From the sequence record PQ287642.1: a stretch of DNA of 64,000 nucleotides; one strand, 5' to 3'. Of the stretch, positions 1 to 10,179 are shown in pieces. A model generated the notes under the pieces. The model ran no database searches, was not told the DNA's origin, and saw only the letters and a program-made list of their open reading frames with translations. Each line of letters begins with the position of its first letter. Position 1 is the stretch's first letter. Both the position numbers and the translations under genes were made by a program.

Positions 1-2187
1 ATGGAACTTATTTTATTCCGCGATGATTGGGAGAAGTTCCCAACAGCAATAGCGGATACAAAAACGTCAAATAAAACATTCTTAAAATTAGCAGCTCTTT
101 ATAGAGATGAGCTTAAAATAGCAAACTGGAAATTCATTTTAGCATTACTCCAGCCTGATCTTCAGGGAGTAGATCCCTATGATCCAGATCTAGACGATGC
201 TACAAAAATGAAGATTGCCTTGGAGTGTAAATACAATCCTTGGTATTACTTCCGTGAAGTTGCCCGTGTCCCAGCGACATCTGGTAACGTCCCAAACCCT
301 TTCCGCGCTAACCGTGGTAACATTGCACTTTTCTGGTGCTTCTTTAACCACTTAGACTTTGGTCTGTTACAACCACGACAGACTGGTAAATCGGTTTCAA
401 CTGACATCTTGATGACGGGTATGATGTATATCTGGGGTGAGAACACCACGATCAACCTGATCACTAAAGATAATAAACTTCGAACAGCGAACATTGAACG
501 TCTAAAGGTAATGCGAGATCTATTACCTGATTACATTCACTGGGCTAATCCAAATGACGTGGACAATAACGAGCTGATGACGTGTATTCGTTTAGGTAAC
601 CGTTATAAGACCGCAGTTGGTCGTAACGATAAGATTGCTGCCGACAAACTTGGTCGTGGTCTTACAGTACCTATCATGCAGTTCGACGAATTTGCGTACA
701 TTAACTTGATTGAGATCTCTCTCCCTGTAGCCCTGGCATCTGGTTCAGCCGCCCGTGCCGAAGCCAAGCGTCAAGGTCAACCATACGGAAACATCTTTAC
801 AACAACTGCTGGCAACATTACCACTCGCGATGGAGCATTTGCTTACAAGTTCATGACAGGTGGACATACCTGGTCTGAAACAATGTTCGATCTAGTGAAC
901 CAACGTATGGCAGTGTTGGTAATGGAGAAAGGATCCAAGGCTGATCAGAAACCTATCATCTACGGAGCTTTTAACCATAGGCAGTTAGGTCGTACAGATG
1001 AATGGTTGTTCCAGGAACTTAAAGAGTCTAGTTCTTTTGGCGAGATTGCTGACCGAGACTTCTTCAATATCTGGACTGTTGGTGGTGAAGGTTCTCCATT
1101 ATCACCCGAACATAAGAAGCAACTAAAATCATCTGAACGTGAACCAATTTGGACCGAGATCACGCCAGACGGTTACACCATTCGCTGGTATATCCCTAAA
1201 CATGAAGTTGACCAGAGAATGGCTGAAGGTCGCTTTATGATGGGCATGGACCCAAGTGAACTTCTAGGATCGGGTAATGACGCCACTGGTATGGTTATAT
1301 TCGATGTGGAGACACACGAAGTAGTAGCAGCTGGTTGTTATAATGAAACCTCTGTTCCTGTTATTGCTGCATTCGTCGGTAATCTATTAATTCGTTATCC
1401 GACGATTACATGGGTACCTGAACGTAAATCGATGGGCACTGCTCTCATTGACTTCGTTGTAATGCAACTGCATAAAGCTGGGATAGATCCGTTCCGCCGA
1501 ATCTTTAATAGAATCGTAGATGAACACACGGTACTAGAATCTGAGTTCCGTGATATTCAGACTCCGTTGTCTCAACGACCTGCTTCGTTCTATGATCGAT
1601 TCAAACGTTACTTTGGTTTCAACACCTCAGGTTCCGGTCGGTATTCTCGTAACAGCCTGTTCCTTGAAGCATTACCGAGTTCAATGGATTACGGTAGCCG
1701 GAGAATGGCGGATAAGACGCTGATTACAGAACTACTTGCTTTGACAATTAAGAATGGGCGAATTGACCACACTCGTGATAATCACGACGACATGGTAATT
1801 TCCATGCTGTTGGCGCACTGGGTATGTATTCGTGGACAGAACCTTTCTTATTACGGTATTAATCCAGCAACAATTTTCTCCCGTGCTGTTACTCGTGACG
1901 TAGAGTTAACTGCTCTGGAAAAATATCGTGAAGATAAAGAGAAGCAAAACAAAGGTGAGTTCGAGGACTTGATTGCTCAGCTAAAAGGTGAGACAAATCC
2001 ATTCGTAATTACCAAGCTTGAGATGCGTCTTCGTAATCTTTCGAAGAGTATTAACATGGAAGAAACAACCGGTGTTGGTATCGATGCCATGTTGAAACAA
2101 GTACGTGATGATCGTGTTAGACGTGTCCGTACTTCTCGTTTCCAACAAGAACGTAGTTTCAATTCACTTGGATTCTATGGACGGTAA
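1..2187 (+). CDS. terL: Terminase large subunit (phiKZ gp25-like)
   Basis: Walker A PRQTGKS, Walker B MQFDEF, RNase H-like nuclease motifs (MGMDP...HDDMVIS); N-terminus typical of phiKZ-like TerL. Confidence 0.93.
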   Translation: MELILFRDDWEKFPTAIADTKTSNKTFLKLAALYRDELKIANWKFILALLQPDLQGVDPYDPDLDDATKMKIALECKYNPWYYFREVARVPATSGNVPNPFRANRGNIALFWCFFNHLDFGLLQPRQTGKSVSTDILMTGMMYIWGENTTINLITKDNKLRTANIERLKVMRDLLPDYIHWANPNDVDNNELMTCIRLGNRYKTAVGRNDKIAADKLGRGLTVPIMQFDEFAYINLIEISLPVALASGSAARAEAKRQGQPYGNIFTTTAGNITTRDGAFAYKFMTGGHTWSETMFDLVNQRMAVLVMEKGSKADQKPIIYGAFNHRQLGRTDEWLFQELKESSSFGEIADRDFFNIWTVGGEGSPLSPEHKKQLKSSEREPIWTEITPDGYTIRWYIPKHEVDQRMAEGRFMMGMDPSELLGSGNDATGMVIFDVETHEVVAAGCYNETSVPVIAAFVGNLLIRYPTITWVPERKSMGTALIDFVVMQLHKAGIDPFRRIFNRIVDEHTVLESEFRDIQTPLSQRPASFYDRFKRYFGFNTSGSGRYSRNSLFLEALPSSMDYGSRRMADKTLITELLALTIKNGRIDHTRDNHDDMVISMLLAHWVCIRGQNLSYYGINPATIFSRAVTRDVELTALEKYREDKEKQNKGEFEDLIAQLKGETNPFVITKLEMRLRNLSKSINMEETTGVGIDAMLKQVRDDRVRRVRTSRFQQERSFNSLGFYGR

Positions 2188-2230
2188 GTGACAACATAAA
2201 AGCCTTCCCGTTGGGGAAGGCTTTATGCCG

Positions 2231-2725
2231 TTAAGCTCTTTGACCTAAAGAACATTGTTGTTCAAGTCGACGTTTCTCTTTCTTAACATTCGGTTTAGAG
2301 GGACGTGTAACAATTCGGTAACTATCCACACCTGCACGAATCAAACCACGGATAATTGGATTAACCTTAGATACTTTTAGCGCCTCATAGAAGATATGGT
2401 CTATCTCTTTTCGAGTTACCTTAACTTCTGTCTCTTTCCCATCTACCATCTGGAAGATAGTGTATGTCTCACAAAGCTTATCATGCAACGCTGCTGCCTG
2501 ACCATGCTTACCTAATCGAGGGATCAACCAACGTACTGGCCGTGGAATAGATGCACCATCTGTTAGGAAACATTTATTAACAACTGCGTATTTACCAGAG
2601 CCTTCACTTCCAATGTCATATTGAAAGGTCTCCATAATCCGCCAGTAGTCATCACCCAGAATAACAGATGCATCATCGTCATACTGGATAGACATCTTGG
2701 CATTAAACTTAGTATAGCTACTCAT
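2231..2725 (-). CDS. DUF1353 family protein
   Basis: FLTDGASIPR...AAALHDKL...EIDHIFYEAL signature. Confidence 0.85.
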   Translation of the reverse strand: MSSYTKFNAKMSIQYDDDASVILGDDYWRIMETFQYDIGSEGSGKYAVVNKCFLTDGASIPRPVRWLIPRLGKHGQAAALHDKLCETYTIFQMVDGKETEVKVTRKEIDHIFYEALKVSKVNPIIRGLIRAGVDSYRIVTRPSKPNVKKEKRRLEQQCSLGQRA

Positions 2726-2756
2726 TTACAATCTCCGTTAACCACAGAGGATTGGG

Positions 2757-3281
2757 TTAACGTCTTGCCCAGTATTGCAAACTATATCCAAGACCTGGAT
2801 TACGGGGAGCGTTAGTTACACCTTTCTGACAGGAAATGAATCGCCATTTAATTGGATCAATATATTCCTCGAACTTAGCAACGTCAGTTACGTCATCGGA
2901 AGAACAATCAATGTCCATATCAACAATCGTGCGATAGAACTCACTACAACGAGTGATACCATCTTTAAATAGTCTTTCACCACCAATGATAAAAACCTTC
3001 TTTTCATTTTGGGATAATTCTAGTACTTCGTCTAAAGACTTAACATGGATATATCCCTCTCCCTTCAAGTTATCACTATCTGAAGAAAGGACATAGTTAG
3101 TCCGACCTGGAAGAGGTTTATTTCCTAACGATTCCCAAGTCTTCCGCCCCATTACAACAGCGTGTCCTAAAGTCTTTTCTTTAAACCATTTAAAGTCTTC
3201 AGGAATATGCCATGGAATACTCCCATTGATTCCAATAATGCCATTCGTGGATACAGCAAAGATCATTGCTAGGGTGGGCAT
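2757..3281 (-). CDS. folA: Dihydrofolate reductase
   Basis: IGINGSIPWHIPEDFKWFK, VVMGRKTWES, LPGRTNYVLS, IIGG motifs. Confidence 0.97.
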   Translation of the reverse strand: MPTLAMIFAVSTNGIIGINGSIPWHIPEDFKWFKEKTLGHAVVMGRKTWESLGNKPLPGRTNYVLSSDSDNLKGEGYIHVKSLDEVLELSQNEKKVFIIGGERLFKDGITRCSEFYRTIVDMDIDCSSDDVTDVAKFEEYIDPIKWRFISCQKGVTNAPRNPGLGYSLQYWARR

Positions 3282-3292
3282 GATTAACTCAC

Positions 3293-3874
3293 TTACTCGG
3301 AGAATTTAACGTTAAAGGCAAAGGGCGTCCAATGGAAAGTATATTCCACATCGAAAGTGCCACGGAACCCAGCACACTCCTCGTGTAGATTAGCGATGCA
3401 ATGACTCAAAGCAATCTGTTGTAGAATACTGAATTGATTAAGAGAGAACTCAAACTCTTTTTTACTAATCGTGGAAGACGGATCAAAGTCAGGATGTCCA
3501 TCAACTGTCGATTTATGTGCCAGCGTACCACGGAAAATAGCTTTATTACCAGTGGGAAGGACATCGATAAAATATTCGGTAATTACAAATCCTTTCTCTC
3601 CAACTTCCTTAAGATCCTCTAGCAGATATTGCGTGATAAGGAATAGTTGTGGCGGGAGTTCGAGTGAAGGGTGCTTACCAGTGATGGTATCAATGAGGCT
3701 AGTGATTTGACTGAAATGAAGTGAATGAACAACACCGTCATTATCAAGAATAGAGAGTTCATGCGAAATCATCGTTTCGCTCTCACCCTCAGCTTGATGT
3801 TCAAAAATAAGACCTTTTGTGATCTTATCAAATTTATCCATGGTATCTACAAACGGGTAATTAACAGCGGTCAT
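3293..3874 (-). CDS. chmB: Phage-nucleus-associated protein ChmB (gp2-like)
   Basis: 193-aa sequence recalled as PA1C gp2; position between RNR and DHFR fits phiKZ-type synteny; recall only, not searched. Confidence 0.72.
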   Translation of the reverse strand: MTAVNYPFVDTMDKFDKITKGLIFEHQAEGESETMISHELSILDNDGVVHSLHFSQITSLIDTITGKHPSLELPPQLFLITQYLLEDLKEVGEKGFVITEYFIDVLPTGNKAIFRGTLAHKSTVDGHPDFDPSSTISKKEFEFSLNQFSILQQIALSHCIANLHEECAGFRGTFDVEYTFHWTPFAFNVKFSE

Positions 3875-4266
3875 TTCTTAACTCCATTGGTAACAATTTT
3901 TTCAAAGATCGCTTCAAATTCTTTTTTATGATGAAGCCTGTAACTCAGAATACGTTTCTTGTCATCCCGAATAAACTCAATATAGTCACCTGGACAAACA
4001 ACAGCGGGACTATCGTCAGTTCGAACTTTAAGGATCCCATGAAGGGCCATCTTACAGTTACAGTCAGGACAGATCATTCCACCTTGTACACTACCATGGC
4101 TAATATGCCGTCCAACGATAGCCCCTTCGTTAATTCCATTAACGGTGCGGTCCATGGGATGGTCGCCATTTTTAAACCATTGGTGAGCTTCTACGAGTGG
4201 TAGAATAGCTTGATAATAAGGCATTTGTATTCTCCAGATTGAAATAAATAGCATATCCTTTTCCAT
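3871..4266 (-). CDS. Conserved phage protein with putative Zn site
   Basis: WFKNGDHP...CPDC...HG...VCPGDYI pattern of a widespread phage family. Confidence 0.7.
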   Translation of the reverse strand: MEKDMLFISIWRIQMPYYQAILPLVEAHQWFKNGDHPMDRTVNGINEGAIVGRHISHGSVQGGMICPDCNCKMALHGILKVRTDDSPAVVCPGDYIEFIRDDKKRILSYRLHHKKEFEAIFEKIVTNGVKK

Positions 4267-4420
4267 CTGAGTAGTTCTTCTTTTTAGGTGTTGTATGGTA
4301 TGCTGTTAGAAGATTTTAACTTATTTAAAACTAAATGATCGTAAAAATACTTGCGTGGTTTTAGTTATGTTAGAATTCATCAACTTACGTTTTACGCAAT
4401 AAACAACTGGAAAAATAGAG

Positions 4421-6706
4421 ATGATTGAAACTATTATCAAACTGGATGGTACTGAACAACCCTTCGATAACGAGAAAGCAAATGGCTGGGGCGAGTGGGC
4501 AGCGGCACGTCTGGGCAACAAAGTTGACTGGGGTAGTATCGTACTAGGTGCTGTAAGCGGTAAGCCCAAAAAGGTTACATCTCAGGAGTTCCAGGGTTGG
4601 CTGATCGAAGAATGTCTTAATCGTAAGACCTGGTCGTATTACCTAATGGCTGGTCGTCTGTACGCAGTATTTCTGCGTAAGAAAATCTATGGACTGGACG
4701 GTATTCCGACAGTAAAACAACTTCATGCCAAAATGCATGAAGATGGAGTAATGATCAAACTGGATTATAGCGATGATGAATATCAGGCTATCCAGGAGAT
4801 GATTGATCATGATCTTGATTTCAATTCCCCTCATTTCGCTCTCCACCATATCCGTGGTAAGTATTCCCTTCGTAATCGCGTGTCTGGGAAAGAGTATGAA
4901 ACTCAGCAGTTTACATACATGCGGATGGCAATGGCTCTTTCTGAGAAAGAACCTAAAGCTGAGCGGCTGGAACATGTGAAGAACTATTATGAATTGTTCT
5001 CTCAAAAACAATTGTCGGCGCCGACTCCTAACTACGTTAACCTTGGTACTGTACTGCGGGGCTTTGCTTCTTGCTGCCTCTTCGCTTCTGGCGACAACGG
5101 TACTTCGTTGGCTATCGGAGACTACATCGCGAACATCATGACCCAGTCCTCTGCTGGTATTGGCGTTAACATCATGTCTCGTTCTGTTGGAGATCCTGTA
5201 CGTAACGGTCTCATTGTTCACCAAGGTAAGAAACCTTACATCGACGTAATGGGTAAGGCTGTTCGAGCTAACCTGCAAAATGGTCGTGGTGGCGCCGTAA
5301 CTAGCTTCTACAGTCTCTTTGATCCAGAAGCTGATATGATTTCCCAACTCCGTAACCCTCGCTCTACCGAAGACCGTAAGAATCGTGATCTTCACTATGC
5401 AGCAATGGGTAACGTTCTTTTCGCAGCTAAAGCAGCTAAGAATGAAAAAGTCTTCGTATTTAACCCGTATACTGCACCTGACCTGTTCGAAGCATTCTAC
5501 GGTAAAGATCAAGCTAAGTTCAAAGAACTCTACGAGAAGTATGAAGCAGATCCGAATTTCACTAAGACCTACATCGATGCACGGGATCTTCTAAAAACGG
5601 TTCTTAACGAAGCCTATGAAACTGGTGTTGCATATACTGCTCAAATCGATGAAATGAATCGCCATACTCCGTTCAAAGAGCCGATTCATAGTTCGAACCT
5701 CTGCATGGAAATTGCTGAACCAACCAAACCTTACTACGACATGCGTGACCTCTATTCCGAGGAAGACCATGGTCGAGGTGAGATTGCTACCTGTTCTCTC
5801 GCAGCAATCGTTGTTGACAATATCCCTGATGCAGCAACTTATCGTAAAGCTGCTTACTATGCACTGAAGATGATTGATTATTGTATCCTCAATGCAGAAT
5901 ATGCTTTCCCTCATCTCGGTTTCACTGCCAAACAGCGTATGAGTGCTGGGGTTGGTATCATGGGTCTTGCTACACACATGGCCCGCGCCGGTCTGGCGTA
6001 TTCTTCTGAGGCCGGTAAGCGCGAGATGCACTTTGTTGCAGAACGCCACATGTATCACCTGATCGAGGCATCGCTGCGGATCTCTAAAGAACGTGGTCTT
6101 GCACCGTGGATACATAAGACTCTGTGGCCTGAAGGTTGGCTGCCTCTTGATACCTACAAACGAAATGTAGATGAAATCGTACCTGGTGGGTTTGAGAACA
6201 TTTACAACTGGGAGAAACTTCGTAAGGAAATCATTGCTAACGGTGGTATCGGCCACTCGGTACTTGTTGCATACATGCCAGGTGAAGCCTCCTCGAAAGC
6301 GGTAGGTGGTGCTAACTCTATTTATCCGGTTCGTCGTCTGGTTATCAATAAGTCGGACAACAATAACCTGATTAACTGGGCTGCCCCGTTTGGAGACGAC
6401 AAAGCGTATAAGTACGAACTGGCTTATGATATTCCAACTAAGGACATGATCGAAGCTTACGCTATCTTCCAGAAATGGACCGACCAAGGTATTTCTGCTG
6501 ACCTGTATCGTCGGATTATCGGCGATGAGAAGATTAGCTCCAACGAAATGCTTCGCGACTACTTCCTGCAAGTTAAGCTTGGTATGAAGACTCGATACTA
6601 CATGAATACCGAGACTTCTGCTAACCTGTCCCTGGCTGCTCTTGAATCTGCGTTTGAAAATAACGATGGTTCGAAAGGATGTGCTGGCGGTGCCTGTACT
6701 CTGTAA
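4421..6706 (+). CDS. nrdA: Ribonucleotide reductase class Ia alpha subunit
   Basis: SAPTPNY, ASCCL, SNLCMEI, YMPGEASS, KTRYY and C-terminal GCAGGACTL. Confidence 0.97.
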   Translation: MIETIIKLDGTEQPFDNEKANGWGEWAAARLGNKVDWGSIVLGAVSGKPKKVTSQEFQGWLIEECLNRKTWSYYLMAGRLYAVFLRKKIYGLDGIPTVKQLHAKMHEDGVMIKLDYSDDEYQAIQEMIDHDLDFNSPHFALHHIRGKYSLRNRVSGKEYETQQFTYMRMAMALSEKEPKAERLEHVKNYYELFSQKQLSAPTPNYVNLGTVLRGFASCCLFASGDNGTSLAIGDYIANIMTQSSAGIGVNIMSRSVGDPVRNGLIVHQGKKPYIDVMGKAVRANLQNGRGGAVTSFYSLFDPEADMISQLRNPRSTEDRKNRDLHYAAMGNVLFAAKAAKNEKVFVFNPYTAPDLFEAFYGKDQAKFKELYEKYEADPNFTKTYIDARDLLKTVLNEAYETGVAYTAQIDEMNRHTPFKEPIHSSNLCMEIAEPTKPYYDMRDLYSEEDHGRGEIATCSLAAIVVDNIPDAATYRKAAYYALKMIDYCILNAEYAFPHLGFTAKQRMSAGVGIMGLATHMARAGLAYSSEAGKREMHFVAERHMYHLIEASLRISKERGLAPWIHKTLWPEGWLPLDTYKRNVDEIVPGGFENIYNWEKLRKEIIANGGIGHSVLVAYMPGEASSKAVGGANSIYPVRRLVINKSDNNNLINWAAPFGDDKAYKYELAYDIPTKDMIEAYAIFQKWTDQGISADLYRRIIGDEKISSNEMLRDYFLQVKLGMKTRYYMNTETSANLSLAALESAFENNDGSKGCAGGACTL

Positions 6707-6745
6707 CGACATATCGCCCTCCCTTTAGGGGAGGGCTTTATGATG

Positions 6746-7693
6746 TCACACTGGAACGTCATCTATTGCTACCAAGGTTGGTACAATCTTAGAAAGGTAT
6801 CCATGACGAGCTGTATCAAAACCACCGATTAGATATAGTTCGTTATTAACTTGTACACCGGTCGATAAACCATGTACATTTCCAGATGGAGTTTCATTTA
6901 CAGGTCTCCATTCATTTGAACCAGGGTTATATGCCCATATACCACTATTTACTAGATAAGCAATAACTTCATTGTTATGCCACATCAATTGAACAGCGTT
7001 CAGTTTTACTGGTAATGGTGCAAGTGCTTTAAAAGTGTTAGTAACAGGGTTATAATAGAAGAATGTATCTACTGGCGAACCAGTGGAATCTAAACCCCCA
7101 CCAATATAAACATCATTTCCATTTCGACATGAACCAGCATAACGTGTTCTATAAGCTGCCGGTATACTTGGTAATGGTGTTGTACTAACCCCACCGGTTG
7201 GGTTAACATCAATACGACTAGCATTTGATAACATCGTCGTGCCAGACCAACCCGAATAATCGATAACTTCTCCATCGGCTAACTGAATACCGGTTCCCTC
7301 AAATCGAGCTACATCACTCGTGTTTGAAGTTCCCCAAGTGTTGTTAGTGGTATTGTAGGTGTAAATCGTAGCAAATGGTCCGACTGGATTACCACCCTGG
7401 TTATAACCACCGACATAAATAACTCGATTACCCTCAGCTGCCATTACGCCTGATCGCCTCTGGCCAGGCATTACTGCTCCAACTGTCCATGCATCATTTT
7501 CGATATCGTAAATATCAAAATTGTTTATAGACCGTGTGGAGGTATTAAGACCACCAGCGACGTATATTTTTCCAGCGTATTCACACGCGGTAGAGTGACT
7601 AGCGGCAGTTGGTCTTGGTGTCAGTGATACTAAGTCGTAGTTAAATGTCAGTTTCGGTGATCTCTTCGGTAATGCTAATAGTAATTCAAACAT
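6746..7693 (-). CDS. Kelch-repeat beta-propeller, MFELLL N-terminus (putative virion protein)
   Basis: Repeated IYVxGG...YxP..NxW units. Confidence 0.85.
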   Translation of the reverse strand: MFELLLALPKRSPKLTFNYDLVSLTPRPTAASHSTACEYAGKIYVAGGLNTSTRSINNFDIYDIENDAWTVGAVMPGQRRSGVMAAEGNRVIYVGGYNQGGNPVGPFATIYTYNTTNNTWGTSNTSDVARFEGTGIQLADGEVIDYSGWSGTTMLSNASRIDVNPTGGVSTTPLPSIPAAYRTRYAGSCRNGNDVYIGGGLDSTGSPVDTFFYYNPVTNTFKALAPLPVKLNAVQLMWHNNEVIAYLVNSGIWAYNPGSNEWRPVNETPSGNVHGLSTGVQVNNELYLIGGFDTARHGYLSKIVPTLVAIDDVPV

Positions 7694-7799
7694 GATCGTG
7701 CTCTTAGCTGCCCTTTAATATTCTAACAAGATGTTATTATAATTTTACTTGATAACCATATCAATTGTAAGCAACTTTGACATCAACAAGGAAACTGAA

Positions 7800-8957
7800 A
7801 TGACTGACAAGCTCCCCAAGAAAATCTTTAACGTAGAAAAGACTGACTATGACGTACCCGAAATCATTCTTGGTCAAGAACCTGGCCTTCTAGATTCTAT
7901 CCATACCCATTTCCCTGTACCCTGGTCTCTCTATAAACGTCTGCGTAAGCTTGACTGGGATGAACTGGAATTCGATTTCCAGCAATGCCTTATTGAATTC
8001 GAAACCTGTAATAAGTCGACTTACGACATGATGATCAAAACCCTTGCATGGCAATGGGAAGCTGACTCTGTAGCTAGTCGAGCAATTGTGAATATTCTTG
8101 GTCCTGTAATGACTGACTCTAGGATTTGGACTGGTTATGTTCGAATCAATGATAACGAAGATGTTCACGCCCTTACTTATTCCGAGATTGTCCGGGGTTC
8201 GTTTAAGAATCCGCGTGTTATTCTCGATGAAATCCTGCGCGTTGAAGAAGCACAGGAACGCATGGTTGCTGTTGCACGTGTAATGGGTGAAGCACACGAT
8301 ACATCTCACGCCTATGCATTGAAGCAAGTACCCAACAACCAGGAAACTTACAATAAGATCTTCATGTTCTTCATTGCACTTTATATGCTGGAACGTATTC
8401 AGTTCATGGCATCGTTTGCAGTGACTTTTGCTATTTGTAAAACTGGCTTGTTCCAACAAATCGGTGAAGCGGTTAAGAAGATCGCTCAAGATGAATTCGA
8501 GATCCATGCCCAATACGGACAAGAAGTCATCAAGGCTCTTCTGAAAACTGAACGTGGTATGACTGCTTATGAGCAATGCAAACCACAAATCGTTGAACTG
8601 TTCTGGGAAATCATTCGGACTGAAGTTACTTGGGTTAAATACCTGTTCTCCGAAGGTCGTAGCTTGGCTGGCGTTAACGCACAAAAACTGTTCCAATGGG
8701 TTCTGTTTAATGGTAACGCTGCTGGTACTTTCCTGAATATTATTCCGGAGACTCTGGAAAAGCATTCGGCAGAATACCTGGAACTTACTGGTGTTCCTCT
8801 GGAATTCCCTGAAGATAACCCACTGCCGTTCATGGTAGAATATCTCGACATTTCGGCAACTCAAGCCTCTCCACAAGAAGCAGAGAAAGGTGACTACATG
8901 GTTAACCTTCTTGACACCCGTGGTGAAAAAGACGAATTTGATGTGGATTTCCTGTAA
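7800..8957 (+). CDS. nrdB: Ribonucleotide reductase class Ia beta subunit
   Basis: Di-iron ligands (ENEDVH-like NEDVH, DEFEIH), LERIQFMASF; start moved to ATG 7800 after AAGGA. Confidence 0.95.
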   Translation: MTDKLPKKIFNVEKTDYDVPEIILGQEPGLLDSIHTHFPVPWSLYKRLRKLDWDELEFDFQQCLIEFETCNKSTYDMMIKTLAWQWEADSVASRAIVNILGPVMTDSRIWTGYVRINDNEDVHALTYSEIVRGSFKNPRVILDEILRVEEAQERMVAVARVMGEAHDTSHAYALKQVPNNQETYNKIFMFFIALYMLERIQFMASFAVTFAICKTGLFQQIGEAVKKIAQDEFEIHAQYGQEVIKALLKTERGMTAYEQCKPQIVELFWEIIRTEVTWVKYLFSEGRSLAGVNAQKLFQWVLFNGNAAGTFLNIIPETLEKHSAEYLELTGVPLEFPEDNPLPFMVEYLDISATQASPQEAEKGDYMVNLLDTRGEKDEFDVDFL

Positions 8958-9370
8958 TGAAAAAGATCACTCTTGCTGTAACTCTAATGTTCCCTCTAAT
9001 TGCATTTGCAGCAGGGGAGATCAAATCTTCTACCACTGGTATCGTAAAGCAGTCTGAGTGTCAACTGGTTGCTAAAGATAACAGTATCGTTGGTGCAACT
9101 GTTGGCGGTACAGCAGGTGCAGTTGGCGGTGTAATGTTGGGTAGAGCTATCTTCGGTAAATCAGGCGGCTGGATTGGTGGTCTCGTTGGAGGCGCCGCTG
9201 GCGGTGCTGTCGGAAACGAGATAGGGGCTACTGAAACATTCCAGTGTAAGATGATTATCGAAGCTGATGGAAAGCAACATCTGGTGCAAACTGTTGCTAA
9301 CAAGAAACCAGAGGTAGGTAAAACGATTACAGTTCTTGAAATGGCAGATGGTACCCGAGAAGTAATGTAA
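8957..9370 (+). CDS. Glycine-zipper 2TM exported/membrane protein
   Basis: Signal peptide then GATVGGTAGAVGG...GGLVGGAAGGAVG; TAATG overlap with nrdB. Confidence 0.8.
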   Translation: MKKITLAVTLMFPLIAFAAGEIKSSTTGIVKQSECQLVAKDNSIVGATVGGTAGAVGGVMLGRAIFGKSGGWIGGLVGGAAGGAVGNEIGATETFQCKMIIEADGKQHLVQTVANKKPEVGKTITVLEMADGTREVM

Positions 9371-9427
9371 ACATATAGCTCTCCTTCGGGAGGGCTTTAT
9401 GTTATGTCAATTCTAAAGGTAACAATC

Positions 9428-10156
9428 ATGCCTAACATTAACCTTTTGCTGCGATACGCGATATCACTCGAAGCGGAAATGGATGACCTCATCAATCAGT
9501 TGTTTGATGAAGTTAACAATCCACGCGCGGATCGTCCTTACGATGTATGGGTAGAACCAGATACAGATAACGTTATCCAACCACCAACCATAACTGAACT
9601 TATTAATAATACGGACGATATGTGGACTTACTACAATCGCTCCGGAAGATCTAATGTAAAGAGTTACAAATATGGTCCTGATTGGATGCTTGTAGAATTC
9701 GGTGGAGAGGTGTTTTATCTTTATACACTAAAAAGTATCACTGAAATACAACTACAGGACATGAAATACTTCGCTGATGGCGGTGCTGGTTTGAACAGTT
9801 ATATCAGCAAGGTTATCCGTGGTGGTTATGTAGCTAAAAATATTAATAATGAGATTATCCTAACTCCAGGTTTTGAAATGTATAAATCTGAAGGACCTAT
9901 AATTTTCATTCATGTAAGAAACAAAAAAGAGGAAAAGAACATGTCTTCTCTTACTACCCTCACTGGATATAAAGCTGCTATTGAAGCAGCAGGTATTGAT
10001 GGACTTAGCCCAGACGCTCGCAAAGTGATGCAGATTGGACTAGCGCAAATTGATAAAGAACATAATTTCACAAGTGTTTCTACTGAGAACTTCGATGAAG
10101 TAATAACTCTGGAAAATATCGAAGAGCGTATTGCTTTCGTTAGCGAAGAAGAATAA
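9428..10156 (+). CDS. KTSC-like domain protein, possible head protein
   Basis: SNVKSYKYG...VEF...YLY...GLNSYISK core; S-x-E motifs (ISLE, VSTE); start 9428 preferred from SD. Confidence 0.55.
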   Translation: MPNINLLLRYAISLEAEMDDLINQLFDEVNNPRADRPYDVWVEPDTDNVIQPPTITELINNTDDMWTYYNRSGRSNVKSYKYGPDWMLVEFGGEVFYLYTLKSITEIQLQDMKYFADGGAGLNSYISKVIRGGYVAKNINNEIILTPGFEMYKSEGPIIFIHVRNKKEEKNMSSLTTLTGYKAAIEAAGIDGLSPDARKVMQIGLAQIDKEHNFTSVSTENFDEVITLENIEERIAFVSEEE

Positions 10157-10158
10157 CT

Positions 10159-10179
10159 TACCAGCTATGTAATGATATG
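10159..10179 (+). promoter_or_regulatory. TAC-N14-TATG promoter-like motif of ncRNA candidate 1
   Basis: TAC 10159-61 and TATG 10176-79; same spacing as the motifs before the tRNAs. Confidence 0.6.

Noticed and set aside
4643-6712. Long antisense ORFs (289 and 373 aa) over nrdA; similarly 7890-8876, 46565-47233 and 62588-63904
   Set aside because: Shadow frames of strongly codon-biased genes; no SD and no recognisable motifs
1-8957. Inteins or introns in terL, nrdA and nrdB
   Set aside because: Protein lengths are ordinary, frames are continuous, and there are no intein splice or homing endonuclease motifs
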